Assembly (NCBI RefSeq): GCF_963921235.1
Contig: NC_086097.1
Span: forward strand, 160,954,001-161,018,000
DNA length: 64,000 bases
DNA from: Mobula hypostoma
Taxonomy: Eukaryota
Reading direction: 5' to 3'
Shown here: positions 39,568 through 53,200 of the stretch, piece after piece
How the letters are laid out: every line of letters starts with the position of its first letter
How positions within the stretch are numbered: the stretch's first letter is position 1
Position numbers and translations under genes: made by a program
Notes under the pieces: model-generated
Told to the model about the DNA's origin: nothing
Database searches by the model: none
Seen by the model: only the letters and a program-made list of their open reading frames with translations

Positions 39568-41059
39568 GTACTCTTCCTCCATATTTTCTAAATTTCTAAC
39601 AGTGTGTCGACTGTCTAGATGTTAGGAATAGATCCTTCTTCGTAAATAGGCTTCACACAAGCCACAGACTATAACAACGTCTTGACTGTAGTACTGTGGA
39701 CTTCTGGCAAAATTTGTACAACATAACTACGACATTGACTAAGAAAATGCAAAATGCACTCAGCTCACAAGAATAAAGGACTAATCCAACCACCTATAGC
39801 TTCAGTTGTAAAAATAAAGATAAATACCACAAGCTGACCATTTTCAAAAGACTAGATACATTCCAATGACAAAGAAAAAAAACAAGGGAAGGATTAAACT
39901 ATAAAAGTTTATTTAAGTTTGATTCTATCTCTAAAAGTATCTAATTGTCCCAAGATGTGTGGCAGATCAGAAGACTGGATGTAATACAAAAAACTACATT
40001 AAAGATGGGCAATGCAAAGATGGGACTTGGGTTTGATCCTAACTTCCAGTGCTGTCTCTGGGGTTTGCATGTTCACCTCCTGACCATTTGGATTTCTGCT
40101 GGGTGCTTCATTTCCTCCCAATAGCTTGTTGTGGGTTAATTGGCCACTGTAAATGACCCTCAGAGTAGGCAAGTGGCAAAATGAAGGGAAGTTAATTGAT
40201 ATATGTCAGAAAGTGAGTTGCAAGCATACTGGGTAATAAGGAGGGGAATGAGATGAAAGGAATTGTTCTCATAACTCAGATCTCCAATCCCAGCAACATC
40301 CTTCTGAATCTTTTTCTGCACCCTCTCTGACTTAATCACTTCCTTCCAACAGTCAGATGATCAGAACTGCACATAATATCTAGGCGTGGATTATCCAATG
40401 TCTCAACATAACATCTCAACTCACGTACTCAATGTCCCTATCAATGGAGGCATACATCCCATATTTCTTCTTCACCACCCTGTCAGACTGTGTTATCACT
40501 TTCAGAGAACATCATAACAGTGAGGAATTGGCTGTTTCTTAGTCAGCAATTAGCTGCACTTCCAGACCCTTCAGTAATTAAACAACAATCAATCATAAGC
40601 ATGGATTAATGACGTTTCTTGCATTTAAGTCAACTTATGGCCTTTCCCTTCTACGTCGTAACAACCTCTTGCTTCTTCTCTATTCCTAACATATTTTACT
40701 TACCAGTTTAGATTGAGTCTGAAGTCTAATATTTTCACCCTGATGATACCTGCATTTTTTCTATTTCTCTCTCTGCCTCTCCCTCTCTCTCTCCTATAAG
40801 CTTCTTAAAGATTTCTGCTTTGACTTCCTAACTTTCTGTCAGATTGTGCTCCTAGAAAGCACATCTGAATGTTTTATCCCATTCTGAGTCTAATCTAAAT
40901 GCAAGCTTCTAGCATTGTAAGGGACCACAATACATTCAGGAGTTTATTTGTGCAGGTGTCATCTTATTCTAGTCTAGTAATTTAAAATGGAGAGACTGCT
41001 ACAAGGACAGTGTGAATGTGATGGTCTGTGCATTCTGGGAAAACAGCACAGTAACAATG

Positions 41060-41715
41060 ATCCGAATCAGAATCAGCTTTAATATCACTGGCATATATCA
41101 CTGTCATATTTTTTGTTTTGTGGCAGCAGTACATTGCAATACATAATAAAAAATTATAAATTACAGTAAGTATATCTGAAAAAATAAATGAAATAAGTAA
41201 TGCAAAAAGAGAGGGCAAGGTACTGAGGCAGTGTTCATGGGTTCATTGTCCATTCAGAAATCTGATGGCAGAGGGGCTGAAGCTGTTCCTGAAACATTGA
41301 GTGTCTGTCTTCAGACCCATTGATGGTAGCAATGAGAAGAGGGCACGTCCTGGGTGGAGGGTGTCCTTAAGAATGGATGCCGCTTTTCTGAGACATCGTC
41401 TTTTGTCCTGGATAACTGTGGTCTAGTTTCCTTGATGGAGCTGGCTGAATTTACAACTTTCTACAGCATTTTCCAATCCTGTGCAGTGGCCTCTCCATTC
41501 CAGATAGTGATGCAACCAGTTAGAATGCCCTCCGTAGAAATTTTCAAGTGGGTTTGGTGACATACCAATTCTCCTCAAGCACCTCATGAAATATAGCCAC
41601 TGTTGTTCCTTCTTTGTATTTGCAGCAATATGGGCCCAGGTTAGTTTCTCAGAGATGTTGACACCCTGCAACTTGAACCTGCTCACCCTTTCTACTTCTG
41701 ATCCCTCAATGAGCC
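41060..41715 (-). mobile_element. Rex1/Babar-like LINE 3' fragment
   Basis: IEGSEVERVSRFKL.GVNISE.LTW; (GATTCT)-type tail. Confidence 0.85.
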
Positions 41716-42376
41716 TCAAATAATGTAAAACGTTAATCTCATGGTTTTTTGTGCAAAACTTATGCTATCTCAATAAATAGTCAAGCCAATATAGTACTCA
41801 TTATGCTATTTTCAGATTCTCCAAAATATTCTGTGCAAATCTTCAGTATTGCTATAAATTACTTACTCTCATCGGCATTTAATATCTAAATGCCATAGAC
41901 ATTAACTATGCATTAATAAAAGAGCTCATGAAGGAAGCTTTATAAATGAGGTTCATTCTTCCTTGCTGTTTAATAGTGGCACCAACACTGGAGCTACAAA
42001 GGATCTACATCAAATACGTTTACATGTTTTTCCGTGTTTACGATTTAGCGGTAGTCCTGATTTAGAGTTTGCAAGTTTTGTTGATTGTTTTGCCTCTTAT
42101 AGATGTCAGTGTGCTAATGTGTTTCTATCTTAATATAATAGATGGTAATTATCAGGTTCACCAATGGTTAACTTTGATCATTTGGACTTGAGGAAGTAGA
42201 CGTAGCCTACCTGTTTCCAGTTAATATTCCTGCTCTTGGCTACTTTCTTCAAGCTTCAGCCTCGGTACATGCATATATGTAACAAAGTAAATGTTTACAG
42301 TAATGATTACTATATGCTTGTGTGTCTTTATAATGAAACCCATTTAAAAATTCCCACAATTCTCACTGTAAAACAG

Positions 42377-42475
42377 AATGGCTGTTCACCATTGCTTCTG
42401 GCTGCAGAGAGAGGACACACAGAGATGGTGAAAATATTGCTGCTAAACCACGCTAGAGTGGATGTATTTGATGAG
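42377..42475 (+). CDS. trpn1: TRPN1 exon 11 (NGCSPLLLAAERGHTEMVKILLLNHARVDVFDE)
   Basis: CAG/GTAAC, 99 nt, phase 0; NHARVDVFD is a NompC hallmark. Confidence 0.96.
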
Positions 42476-43373
42476 GTAACTCTGACGTCTATTTTAAAGT
42501 ATTTAGCTAATAATTTAAATGTTAGTAGAGATCTTTAAAAATATGTTTGCTTAATAAAGGGACACTGAGAAGTTATAATTCTAAATTCATTATTCAACAT
42601 ACCATACACTGAACTTTTTGCAACCGAAGGATTCCTGAGTTCAAAGCCTCACAGTTATGGTGGGTATTGTAATATATTTTATGACTGATGCAAAGATAAA
42701 AACAAAAAAAAGCACTGAAGATACTCATGATATTATTTATTCATCCACTGATGCTGGCTGACTTGCTGTGTTTTCAGCATTGTCTGTTTATATTTCGTAT
42801 TTCCACCGTCTGTAGTTTTCTTTTCCATTTACATCTCTGTTGGAATGAAATGGTGGAAATTCAGTAACATTTACCAACCATTCATTCAGATGGCAGTTTT
42901 TAAGGAGCAGTTTAATAAACCAAGTGGCAGCAAAGAGCACATAGGGCAGAGCAGCTGTCTCACAGATCCAGTGAGCTAGATTCAATTGGGACCCCTGATC
43001 CCGTTAGTGTGCAGATTACATGTTCTCCCTGTGACCATATTGGCTTTCTCTGGGTGCACTAGATCCTCACCACATCTCAAAGAGTTGTGCAGGTTGGTAG
43101 GCTAACTAATCACTGTAAATTGTGCCCAGTGTGTGGAGTGGTAGAATCTCGGGGTGGGCAGGTAGACTGATGAGAATGCGGGTAGAATAAAAATGGGATT
43201 GATGTAGGATTAGTTTTAATGGGTTGATGAGCTAATGACCGAAGGACCCATTTCCTTGCAGTATCTCTCTGACTCTGGGACATGGGTAGTGTTCTGTGAT
43301 AATTAGTATGTCAAACACCAGGTCCTGCAGTACTTCTGTAAAGTGTGGTGCTTCTTTTTGGTTTATTCTACAG

Positions 43374-43574
43374 CATGGTAAAGCTGGGCTTCACTTGGCA
43401 GCAGAGAACGGTCATGATCAGATCTCAGATATCCTGCTCTGGCACAAGGCCTTTGTCAATGCCAAAACTAAGCTCGGCTTGACACCACTGCACCTGGGAG
43501 CACAGAATGGTTACAACAGGCTGGTAAAGCTTCTGGTAGAGACCCATGCCGCCAGCATTGATGCACTCTCTCTG
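43374..43574 (+). CDS. trpn1: TRPN1 exon 12, two ankyrin repeats (HGKAGLHLAAENGH...KAFVNAKTKLGLTPLHLGAQNG...IDALSL)
   Basis: CAG/GTAAGT, 201 nt, phase 0. Confidence 0.96.
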
Positions 43575-44514
43575 GTAAGTCACTTACAACGGGTTAATCG
43601 TATCTCCAGATTATAGCTGGCTAAAAGCACACACATTGCATCAGCAGATAATGGGCACCCTTGGTACTCAAGGACATGACTAGACTAGGCTGACCACAAT
43701 GTCTTCACATTATGGAGGAAACATCAGGGCAACCAACAAAAAGTGAAAGAAGGAAATCACAGAGGCTCGTAGATATCCTCCCAAGACCTGAAGAAATGAA
43801 TAGGTCGATTGCCTTTGTTACTAATATGACACGGGAGACTATTCAGCCCATCAGGTTAATGTCAGCTCCAAACAGAGGAATGTCATGTCTCATTCCTCTT
43901 TTCTTTAGCATTGTGGCTCATTCTTATTCAAATGCCCTTGCTATCTACCTTATGAGGTAACTTATAGTTAACCACATCTTCGGACTGTGAGAAGAAACCA
44001 GGGCATCCAGCAGAAATACTGTACATGGTTCCATAAACTCCACACAGGCAGCACACGAAGATAGGACTGAACCCACATCATGGAGTTATGAGGCAACTGC
44101 TGATATATCACTGGTGAGCTTTGAATGGTTTATCAAATTAAACATTAATAAAACCCAAATGAGCTGGGACGTAGCACCCGAAATTGGGTGAAATGGTACT
44201 TGATCTGGGATGATGTCTGCACACAGTCACCAGGCCGTTCCAACAGACATGATAACTTTAAACAGCCCAATAAAACTGGAATTGGAATTGGCATTGGTTT
44301 ATTATTGTTGCATGTACCGAGGTAGAGTGAAAAGCTCGTCTTGCGTACTGTTCATACAGATCAAGTCATTGCACAATGCAGCAAGGTAGTATAAGGCAAA
44401 GCTATAACAGAATGCAGAATTAACTGCAACAGCTACACAGAATGTGTGTTGCAGTTATAATTAGGGAGAAAGATCATAATGAGATAGATTGGGAGGTCAA
44501 GAGAATATCTTGAA

Positions 44515-45452
44515 AAGGCAACAGCATGAAATGCTCCAGTTAAGATGGCACCAGTATGCAACGCTCCCTTGGTCGACATCTTCTAGATAGTTCACAAAAA
44601 TAGCTTTCCTACTTCCTTTACGTCTATTTTTCACCTTAAATGTGTTTCTGGGACCGTCAGAGCCTGTGATTTGCAGCTTGGAGATCATTTGAGTGATCCA
44701 GCGCTTTGCTGGCTCTGAGAAAGTTCCGCGAAGCAAGCACATACTGGGATGGCCTCACTGCAAAGAAACTTCGAGATGGGGTGTGAGTCGATGTTCGACT
44801 CCATCTCGCTGTATAAAGCGTCCACTAATCGCTGATTAAAGCTTCGAGGAAGGCTGAGACATTGAGGCGAATGCAGAAGGCAAGCGAGAGTTTCAGCACT
44901 GACTGCCTGTCTTCTGATCGCTGCCAGAGGAGTCTGTGAACGGCCATTTGCAGTGTGGCAGGCGAGAAGGCCTCTCTGCCTCATGTGGTGTCCCTCTCTT
45001 TTGATGAATGTCGGTGATATCAGGGGATGGGATCGTGCTTCTGCCTGTATGGGTTGGACTGTTGTGTTTATGGATTGCGGACTTTTTCAAAATTACGGTT
45101 TTTATATTCTGTGTTTTTTATCGCCCATTCCTTTTCGGTTTGGTTGTGCAAGGGAAGGGTGTTTGGGGGTTGATGTTCTTCTAGTATTCTGTTAGTTTTT
45201 GTGTGGGGCAGGATTGTTTCTGGGGGTCGATGTTCTTGTTCCATTTTGTACGAGAGAGGGGATTTTTTGGGTCGGGGGTGTTGATGATCGGGACGCCGTT
45301 CTTTTTTGCACAGGGGGAGCAGTGGGTTTGACGTTTCACTCTAAGTGACTTTCATGTTCTTTCTTTGTTTTGTGGCCACCTGGAGAAATACAGATTTCAG
45401 AGTTGTATATGGATGCATGCTTTGATTTAAAAAAATAAACTTTTGACCCTTG
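44515..45452 (+). mobile_element. Unclassified non-coding retroposon-like insert (AAGATGGC head), inside a - strand Rex-like 3' end
   Basis: Head (~165 bp) and tail resemble 59940-60800; host repeat resumes at ~45453. Confidence 0.55.
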
Positions 45453-47200
45453 ATCTTATCTACGGGAATCACTCAATAGTTATAACAGTAGGGTAGAAGG
45501 TGTCCTTGAACCTGGTGGTACTAGTTTTCAGGTTTATCCAGTCAAGCTCAAAGTCTCATTGCTGTGGTCAATCCATGATATGAGTACACTTATTCAAATT
45601 GTTCAGTGAATCTTTTAGAATGAATGAGATAGTGCTTACATAGATCAGCAACTTCTAGAAAAAGATATGCCCTGATTCATTCAGGTAAGGATATTAACCT
45701 TCTGTCCTAGTACTCAGATTCTTTAAGGTTGTTGTCGTCGGGAATGGTAGTGGGGATAAGCTCTCACTACCTGTTAAGTGCTCCCAGTGGCACGCATCTC
45801 AAATAGCCTCTGTCGACTAAGTCTTTCATGTGTGGCTTAGCTACTAAGCCCAGTAGAACTATTTCTACTGATAGGAGAAGGGACAAAGGCAGGTTACTAG
45901 ATCTGAAATCCAGTTACTTCGGGCAGCTGGGGCACTGTGGTTGGCAGCTCATCCAGAAAGAAAGCTCTGATCACAAACTTCCACTGCCTTGCGGCTGTAC
46001 CCACTCATGGGAAAGGCTCCGGAAGTAAACCCAGAGGCAAAATCTGGAGTTGGAGTCCCGAAGGAAGTCCTACGTTAAATGTGTTAAATGCTGACTGGCA
46101 ACTTTCTGATGCTGCTGGTACCATTCTGTATCAGTCTCTGCCATTCCTTTGGATTCATCAGCAGCGAGGAGAGGGAGAGACTGCTACATGGGCAACAGCT
46201 TGCTCTCCATATCACACTGTCCAGGCTTATATACTGGCTAGATTACACATAGACAGCTGGAATGCAACATCCATGTTTGACCCTGACTGACGGAGAGACC
46301 TAGTACTCAGCATGAATTTCACCTCTTTTCTGTCTTCCATGCTACACTCCACAGGCATAAAAATCTGGCACAAACGGACCCATAAACAGCAGATAGCTGA
46401 ACGGTCTTGATGGAACTGTGAGGTAGGAGATGCACAATCCAGTCCACTTTGCCCGATTGGGTTTGTCTTCGCTCCGTTCATTTCTAAATTATATTTTCCC
46501 ATGAATTTTCAAGTAAGCTGACGATGGGACAGCTAGACCGCAGGAACCTCATGCACCTAGATGATAAAAATAGAACTGTGGTCAGCTTTAACAAATAACA
46601 ATAATATTTTCCATGTGGATTGTACTGTGCACTTCCAAATTTATCAATTGTTGAAATATGGAAGAAGAATTCTGTGTTCAGCCACACTTTATATTTGCAT
46701 GTTCAGCACTTCTGTATTTGTTGCCAATCAGCTTTAACACGACAGACCTAAAATGAATTTCTAGGAAGTTACCTTCTCAGCTACTGAGACTAAAGGGTTG
46801 AGAAATAGATACTGAGACAAAATAGTGAATTTAAATAGGTGAATTCAGTGCCAAATCAAGTGCAAATAGAGAAATAGAAAATTGAATGCCTACAAATAGA
46901 AAAAGAAAAAGGAGTAAGAAACAAAATGGAGCATATGCTGGTTTTAAAATCTCAACAAGACAAGAATGTGACACCAGTCCACCAGTTTTCCATTCACTAG
47001 ACAAGAGATGTTGTTTGGCAGTCATTAAAATCATCATGGTTTTGAAAGGAAACTTTTCCTATTAATTACAAGAATTAATTTTCTGTGGTGAGTTTCATGA
47101 TCAATGTGACCTGGGAAGATTAAGCACTGTACGCTAACATAAAAGAAATTCTGGTCAGTCATTTAGTAAAGAAGACATGACATTGTGAGGCAGAGAATAA

Positions 47201-47767
47201 AGGCTGATTTATACTTCTGCGTAGGCTCTATGCAAGTGGCCTACGCCGTTGTGAGCATTTATACTTGTGCGTTGGTGTGTCTGTGTCGCTCTGCAATTCA
47301 CCGCCAAAACGCTAGATGCCACTGTGTTGAGTTTCTTCGTGTTGAGTTTCTTTGTGTACTTCAAACAATGGCGACTGAAACTGAGCGTTATCATGTTGGA
47401 GTTGGAGCTAATAAATGTTGAACAAGAGTTACCTTTATTGAAATTACTGCTATGCAGAAAAGAGAGAAAACGTCAGGGGAGATGGTGTGTACGACCATTG
47501 AACGGATTGAGGCAGAAGGAGGGTGAATTTTCTGTGCTTGTCCGGCCACTGAGAGACATGGACGAGGAAATGCATTTCAAATATTTTCAGATGTTGGCAG
47601 GTAGATTTGATGATTTGGTTCATCGTCTCCAAGCGGACCAATCACAGTTGTTGCGGTCTGTGACACGCAGTTACATTATTGGGGAGGTGCGCGTCAGGCT
47701 ACGGCGTAGGGTACGCGGCAAGCCATACCTACGTCGTAGATTCGACACAGAAGGTGTAAATTGGCCT
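47201..47767 (+). mobile_element. Internally deleted PIF/Harbinger DNA transposon
   Basis: TAA TSD (47198-47200/47768-47770); TIRs AGGCTGATTTATACTTCTGCGT vs AGGCCAATTTACACCTTCTGTGT; WCVRPLN..R..EGEF..L...RDMDEE.HFKYFQM...RFDDL resembles the Harbinger transposase N-terminus. Confidence 0.87.
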
Positions 47768-48760
47768 TAAGCCCTTCTGTCCTTGTAGTGTTCTGTCAAG
47801 TGAAGCCATGCAAGTCCATTCTTCCTGCAGCTGGTGCAGAGGGTGGTTTGGAAGTACGACTCTTGCTCGTCTATTTAATACAAGGTGATCCATGTTGGTA
47901 CAAATACAGATTTCTTTTTAAAGTCAAAATCTCTTCTAAACGTGAAGTGAAAATATTTTATGATCTGCAGTTTTCTATGAACACTTGCCAAGATTTAAAC
48001 TATATATAGAGCAGTGAAGTGCGACATTTAGCTTTAAAAATAGATTATGTTGATGTTGACTTAGTGACGTTGGTATTTCATTGTGCTTAGATAAGATGAT
48101 TCCCCGAAGACTTTTCAAATCTTAGAGTTTGGAACCCTGAGAAGCTGAAAGACACTTTCCCAGAGAAAAGCCAGTGGATGACTCGATCCTCCTTATGACA
48201 CAGTGCAGGAATGAACAAGTTACATATCGGAAAGACTTGCAACAGTTGGTATTCATTAGCACTGTAGCCAAATAGCTGCACTGTAAGTACTGTCAGGGGT
48301 CCCCAGTTGTGAAGCAGCTGCATCTCTTCAGACATCTTAATAAGCTGTCAAATGTATACGTGCAGAAAGCACTGATCTAGAGATTTTCATTGAAGTTTGC
48401 TCTGCCTGGGTAATTTCTATTATGGGATGTTTTATGAATGTCAAGGACTGTGTTACTCAGGGTGATCAAACACTGGTGTATTTCCTGCATGTTCACCCTG
48501 ACTTTCTCATAACCTGACAAATATTTTGTAAAGATTCATCATGAATTCCTTGCGGAAGAACGTTCTGCCAAATCCAAGGTTAAACAGAGTAGGATATATT
48601 AGCTGGATGTATTGTTACACTTTGTTTTTATACACTGTTATAACAATTGTGATCCTCCAGTTCTTAAGATACAAGCCTGAATCTCTGGACATTTAGAAGA
48701 TTATGGCCAATATTCCAAGCTTCTTTCCGCAGCAATCTAGAACAGAACTATCTGGGTAGT

Positions 48761-48910
48761 TTTAAACACAAGGAAGTTTGTGGGTGCTGGCTATCTAAAG
48801 CAACGCACACAAAATGCTGCAGGAACTCAACAGGTCAGGCAGCAACTGTGGAAATGAATACATAGTCGACATTTCAGCCCGAGACCCTTCTTCCAGATTA
48901 ACTATAAATT
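48761..48910 (-). mobile_element. Penelope terminus insert with decayed hammerhead
   Basis: TSD AACTATCTGG(G/A)TAGT (48746-48760/48911-48925). Confidence 0.8.
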
Positions 48911-49529
48911 AACTATCTGGATAGTCAATGTATTCATTTTGAGTCTTGCTAACCTCCTGGTATCTCCTTATCAATTTTTAGCCCATGCAATATCTCACCA
49001 TACTTTCCTTTACCAGCATCTTCTTTATGAGTGCAAACTGTGATAAAATATACAATCAGTACCCTTTACCTCCATGAGTAAATCTTTTCCTTGGCTCCTG
49101 AGCAACTCCATCTCTCATCTTACTCTGAACAGTCCGGTTGAATATTTTTGGATTTTCTTTCAAGTTTGCTGATAATGTTTTCTAATACTCTTTCTTATTT
49201 TCATTTCTACTACCCCCTAAGCTTTCCATAATCAGCTCGAGTATTGCTCGTGTTAAAAAATCTAAAAAACTATACTTTCTCTGAAGCTGCGGTGGCTGTG
49301 TAGAGACACGATAGAAGTTTTCAAATTATGAGAGTTTATGCTGCTGATGCTATAGACAGGCGATATCTTTTTCAAAGGGTTGAAATACATAACACTGTCC
49401 TTACATTTACTTGGGCCATTTCTGACAATTCCCTCCCTTTCTTGATCTGTCTGCATCCATCTCCGGAGACAAACTGTCAACAAACATAGTTTGTAAACAT
49501 ACTGATTCCCATGGTTATCTTGACTATAC

Positions 49530-50122
49530 GTTCATTTAGCATTCATTGCAAGAGGTCTAGAATACAAGAACAGGCTTTATAAAGCACTGGTGAAGCCTCA
49601 CCTTGAAGAAAAGATGTGTTGGCATTGGAGAGGGTTCAGATGAGGTTCACAGGATGATTCCGGGATTGAAAAGGGTTATCATATGAGAAACGTTTGATAG
49701 CTCTGGGTATGTACTTGCTGGAATTTAGAAGGATAGGGGGGGATTTTATTGAAACCTTTCGAATATTGAAGGGCCTAGACAGAGTAGATGTGGAAAGGAT
49801 GTTTCCCATGGTGGGGGAGTCGAGGACAAGAGGGCACAGCCTAGGATAGAGGGGCATCCATTTAAAACAGAGATGCAGAGAAATTTTTTTAGCCAGAGGG
49901 TGTGAATTTGTGGAATTTGTCACCACATGCAACTGTGGAAGCTAGATCATTGAGTGTGTTTAGGACAGAGCTTGATAGGTTCTTGATCGGATATGGCATC
50001 AAAGGTTATGGGGAGAAGGCCAGGGAGTGTGTCTGAAGAGGGGAAAAAAGGATCAGCCATGATTGGATGGCGGAGCAGACTCAATGGGTCAAATGACTAA
50101 TTCTGCTCTTCTGTCTTATGGT
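49530..50122 (+). mobile_element. CR1 3' fragment inserted in the Penelope RT
   Basis: CTATAC duplication 49524-49529/50123-50128; CTTATGGT tail. Confidence 0.85.
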
Positions 50123-50274
50123 CTATACCTCTTGCCACCCTGTTTGCTGTAAAAATGCTATTCCCTTTTCTCAGTTCCTTCATCTCCACTGCATCTGTTC
50201 CCAGGATTCGGCTTTCCATTCCAGGACATCAGAGATGTCCTCCTACTTTTCAAAGAACAGCGTTTTCCTCTGTC

Positions 50275-53200
50275 TTTGATTGGATTACTGTGCAGATGCA
50301 GCTCCTTAGAAACTGTGTTAAGGAACTGGAACCTTCGGCTTGTTAGATTAAGTTAGGAGGTGATAGACAGAAGCTACAGAGAGCTAGTCACCCCTAGGCT
50401 ACAGAAGACAGATAAATGGGTGACTGTCAGGGGAAAGAAGGGAGAACATCAGATAGTGGAGAGCACCCCTGTGGCTATCCCCCTCAAAAGTACTCCATTC
50501 TGAGTACTGTTGGCCGGGGAGGGGGGGATCGACCTACCTGGGGGAAGCAACAGCCGTCGTGCCTCTGGCATTGAGTCTGGCCCTGTGGCTCAGAAGAGTA
50601 GGGAACTGAAGAGGATGGCAGCAGTAATAGGGAACTCTATAGTTAGGGGGACAGATAGGCAATTCTGTAGATGCAAAAAGGAAACACAGAAGTTAATTTG
50701 CCTCCCAGATGCCAGGATCCACAATGTTTCTGAAAGTGTCCTCAATATCCTGAAAAGGCAGTGGGTGAGCAGCTAGAAGTCGTGGTACATATTGGTACAA
50801 ACAACATAGGTAGAAAAAGGAAGGAGGTCCTGAAAACAGAATACAGAGAGTTAGGAAGGAAACTGAGAAACAGGACCTCAAGGGTAGTAATCTCAAGTCT
50901 GCTGCCTGTGCTGCCTGACGGAAAGGATAGGAATAGAATGAGGTGGCAGATAAATGCACGGCTGTAAGAATTGGAGCAAGGGGCAGGGATTCAGATTTCT
51001 GAATAATTGGGACCACTTCTGGACAGATGGAACCTGTACAAATAGGGACAGGTTGCACTTGAATCTGAGGGGAACCAATATTCTTGAGGGCAGGTTGGTT
51101 TAAACTAATATGGCAGGGGAATGGGAACCAGGATGATAGAGCTGAGGATGAGCCATCAGGTTTACAAGTAGATGTTGAGTATAACATGAATGTAAGGAAG
51201 GACAAATCAATGACTGAGTACAAATGCAGACAGATGAAAGAGTTAAATTGTACCACAGCGGCAAAATTCAAAAGGGCGAAGAATGCAGGACTGAAAGTGC
51301 TGTATTTCAATGCATGTAGCATTCGGAATAAGGTTGACAAACTCATGGTGCAAGTAGAGATTGGTTGGTATGATGTTGTGGGCATCACTGAGTCATGGCT
51401 GAAAGAAGGCCAGAATTGGGAGCTTAATGTCAAAGGACATTGGAAGGACAGGCAGGAAGGCATAGTGTGCCTCTGTTAGCAAGATATGGAATTACATCTT
51501 TAGAAAGAGATGACATGGGGTCAGAGAATGTTGAAACTTTGTGGGTGAGCTTAAGAAACTGCAAGGGTAAAAAAATCATTATGGGAATAATATATAGGCC
51601 TCCAAATAGTAGCCGAGATGTGGAATTGAGATTGCAAAGGGAGCTGGAAAATGCATGTAATAAGGGTAATGACAGATCTGTAATGGGGGACTTCAATATG
51701 CAAGGGGATTGGGAAAATCAGGTTGGTGTCAGATCGCAAGAGAGGGAATTCATTGAATGCCCACGAGATGGTTTTTTAGAGCAACTTGTGCTTGAGCCTA
51801 CTAGGGGAAAGGTTCTGAAATTGGGTGTTGTGTAATAACTCGGATCTTATTAGGAAGCTTCAAGTAAAGGAACCCTTAGAAAGCAGTGATCATAATATGA
51901 TTAAATTCATACTGCAATTTGAGAGGGGGAAGCATAAATCACCTGTATCAGTATCACAATGGAATAAAGGGAATTACAAGGCATGAGAGAGGAGCTTTCC
52001 CAGGTGGACTGGAGGAGGATAATGGCAGGGATGATGGCAGAGCAGAGGCAGCTAAAATTTCTAGGAGGAGTTCACTAGGCGCAGGATAGATATGTCCCAC
52101 AGAAGAAGTTCTCAAATGGTCGGGGTAGGCAACCGTGGTTGATAGGGGAAGTAAAGGACTGCATAAAAGCCATGGAAAGGGCATACTATATAAGCAGAAA
52201 AAGTGAGTGGGAAATTAGCTGATTGGAAAGCTTTTAAAATCCAACTAAAAACAACTAAAAACAACTATAAGAAGGGAAAGGATGAAATATGAGGGCAAAC
52301 TAGTCAATAATATAAAGCAGGATTCTAAAAGTTTTTTTCCACACAGGAAATTGCTTATCAAGATAAAATCCTATGGTATTACAGGAAAGATACTGGCATG
52401 GATAGAGGAATGGCTGACAGACTGGAAGTAGTGAATGGGAATAAAGGGGGCCTTTTCTGGTTGGCTGCCAGTGGTTAGTGGTGTTCCTCAGGGGTCAGAA
52501 TTAGGACCGCTAATTTTCGCATTGTTTGTCAATAATTTAGATAATGGAATTGATGGTTTTGTGACAACATTTGCAGATACCCAGGCTGTAAAAATAGGGG
52601 ACAAGCTCTCATCTACAATCACTCTGAGCACCGGTGCCCCACAGGACTGTGTACTCAGCCCCCTGCTCTACTCACTGTACACCCATGATTGTGTAGCCAA
52701 GTTTCCAATGAACCCAATATATAAGTTTGCTGATGACACTACAATTGTAGGCCATATCTCAGGTAATGATGAGTTTGAGTACAGAGAGGAAATTAAGAAC
52801 CTGGTGGCATGGTGCGAAGACAATAACCTATCCCTCAATGTCAGCAAGATGAAGGAATTGGTTGTTGACTTCAGAAGGAGTAGCATGGCCCCATTTACAT
52901 CGGTGTTGTGCAAGTGGAACAGGTCAAAAGCTTTAAGTTCCTCGGGGTCAATATCACAAATGACCTGACTTGGTCCAACCAAGCAGAGTTCACTGCCAAG
53001 AGGGCCCACCAGCTCCTTTACTTCCTGAGAAAGCTAAAGCAATTTGGCCTGTCCCCTAAAACACTCACTAATTTTTATAGATGCACCATAGAAAGCATTC
53101 TTCTAGGGTGCATCACAACCTGGTATGGAAGTTGTCCTGTCCAAGACAGGAAGAAGCTGCAGAAGATCGTGAACATGGCAGCACATCACACAAACCAATC

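Noticed and set aside
45720..46230. Possible RTE-type LINE 5' region
   Set aside because: Looks repeat-like but no diagnostic protein motif, TSD or second copy could be confirmed
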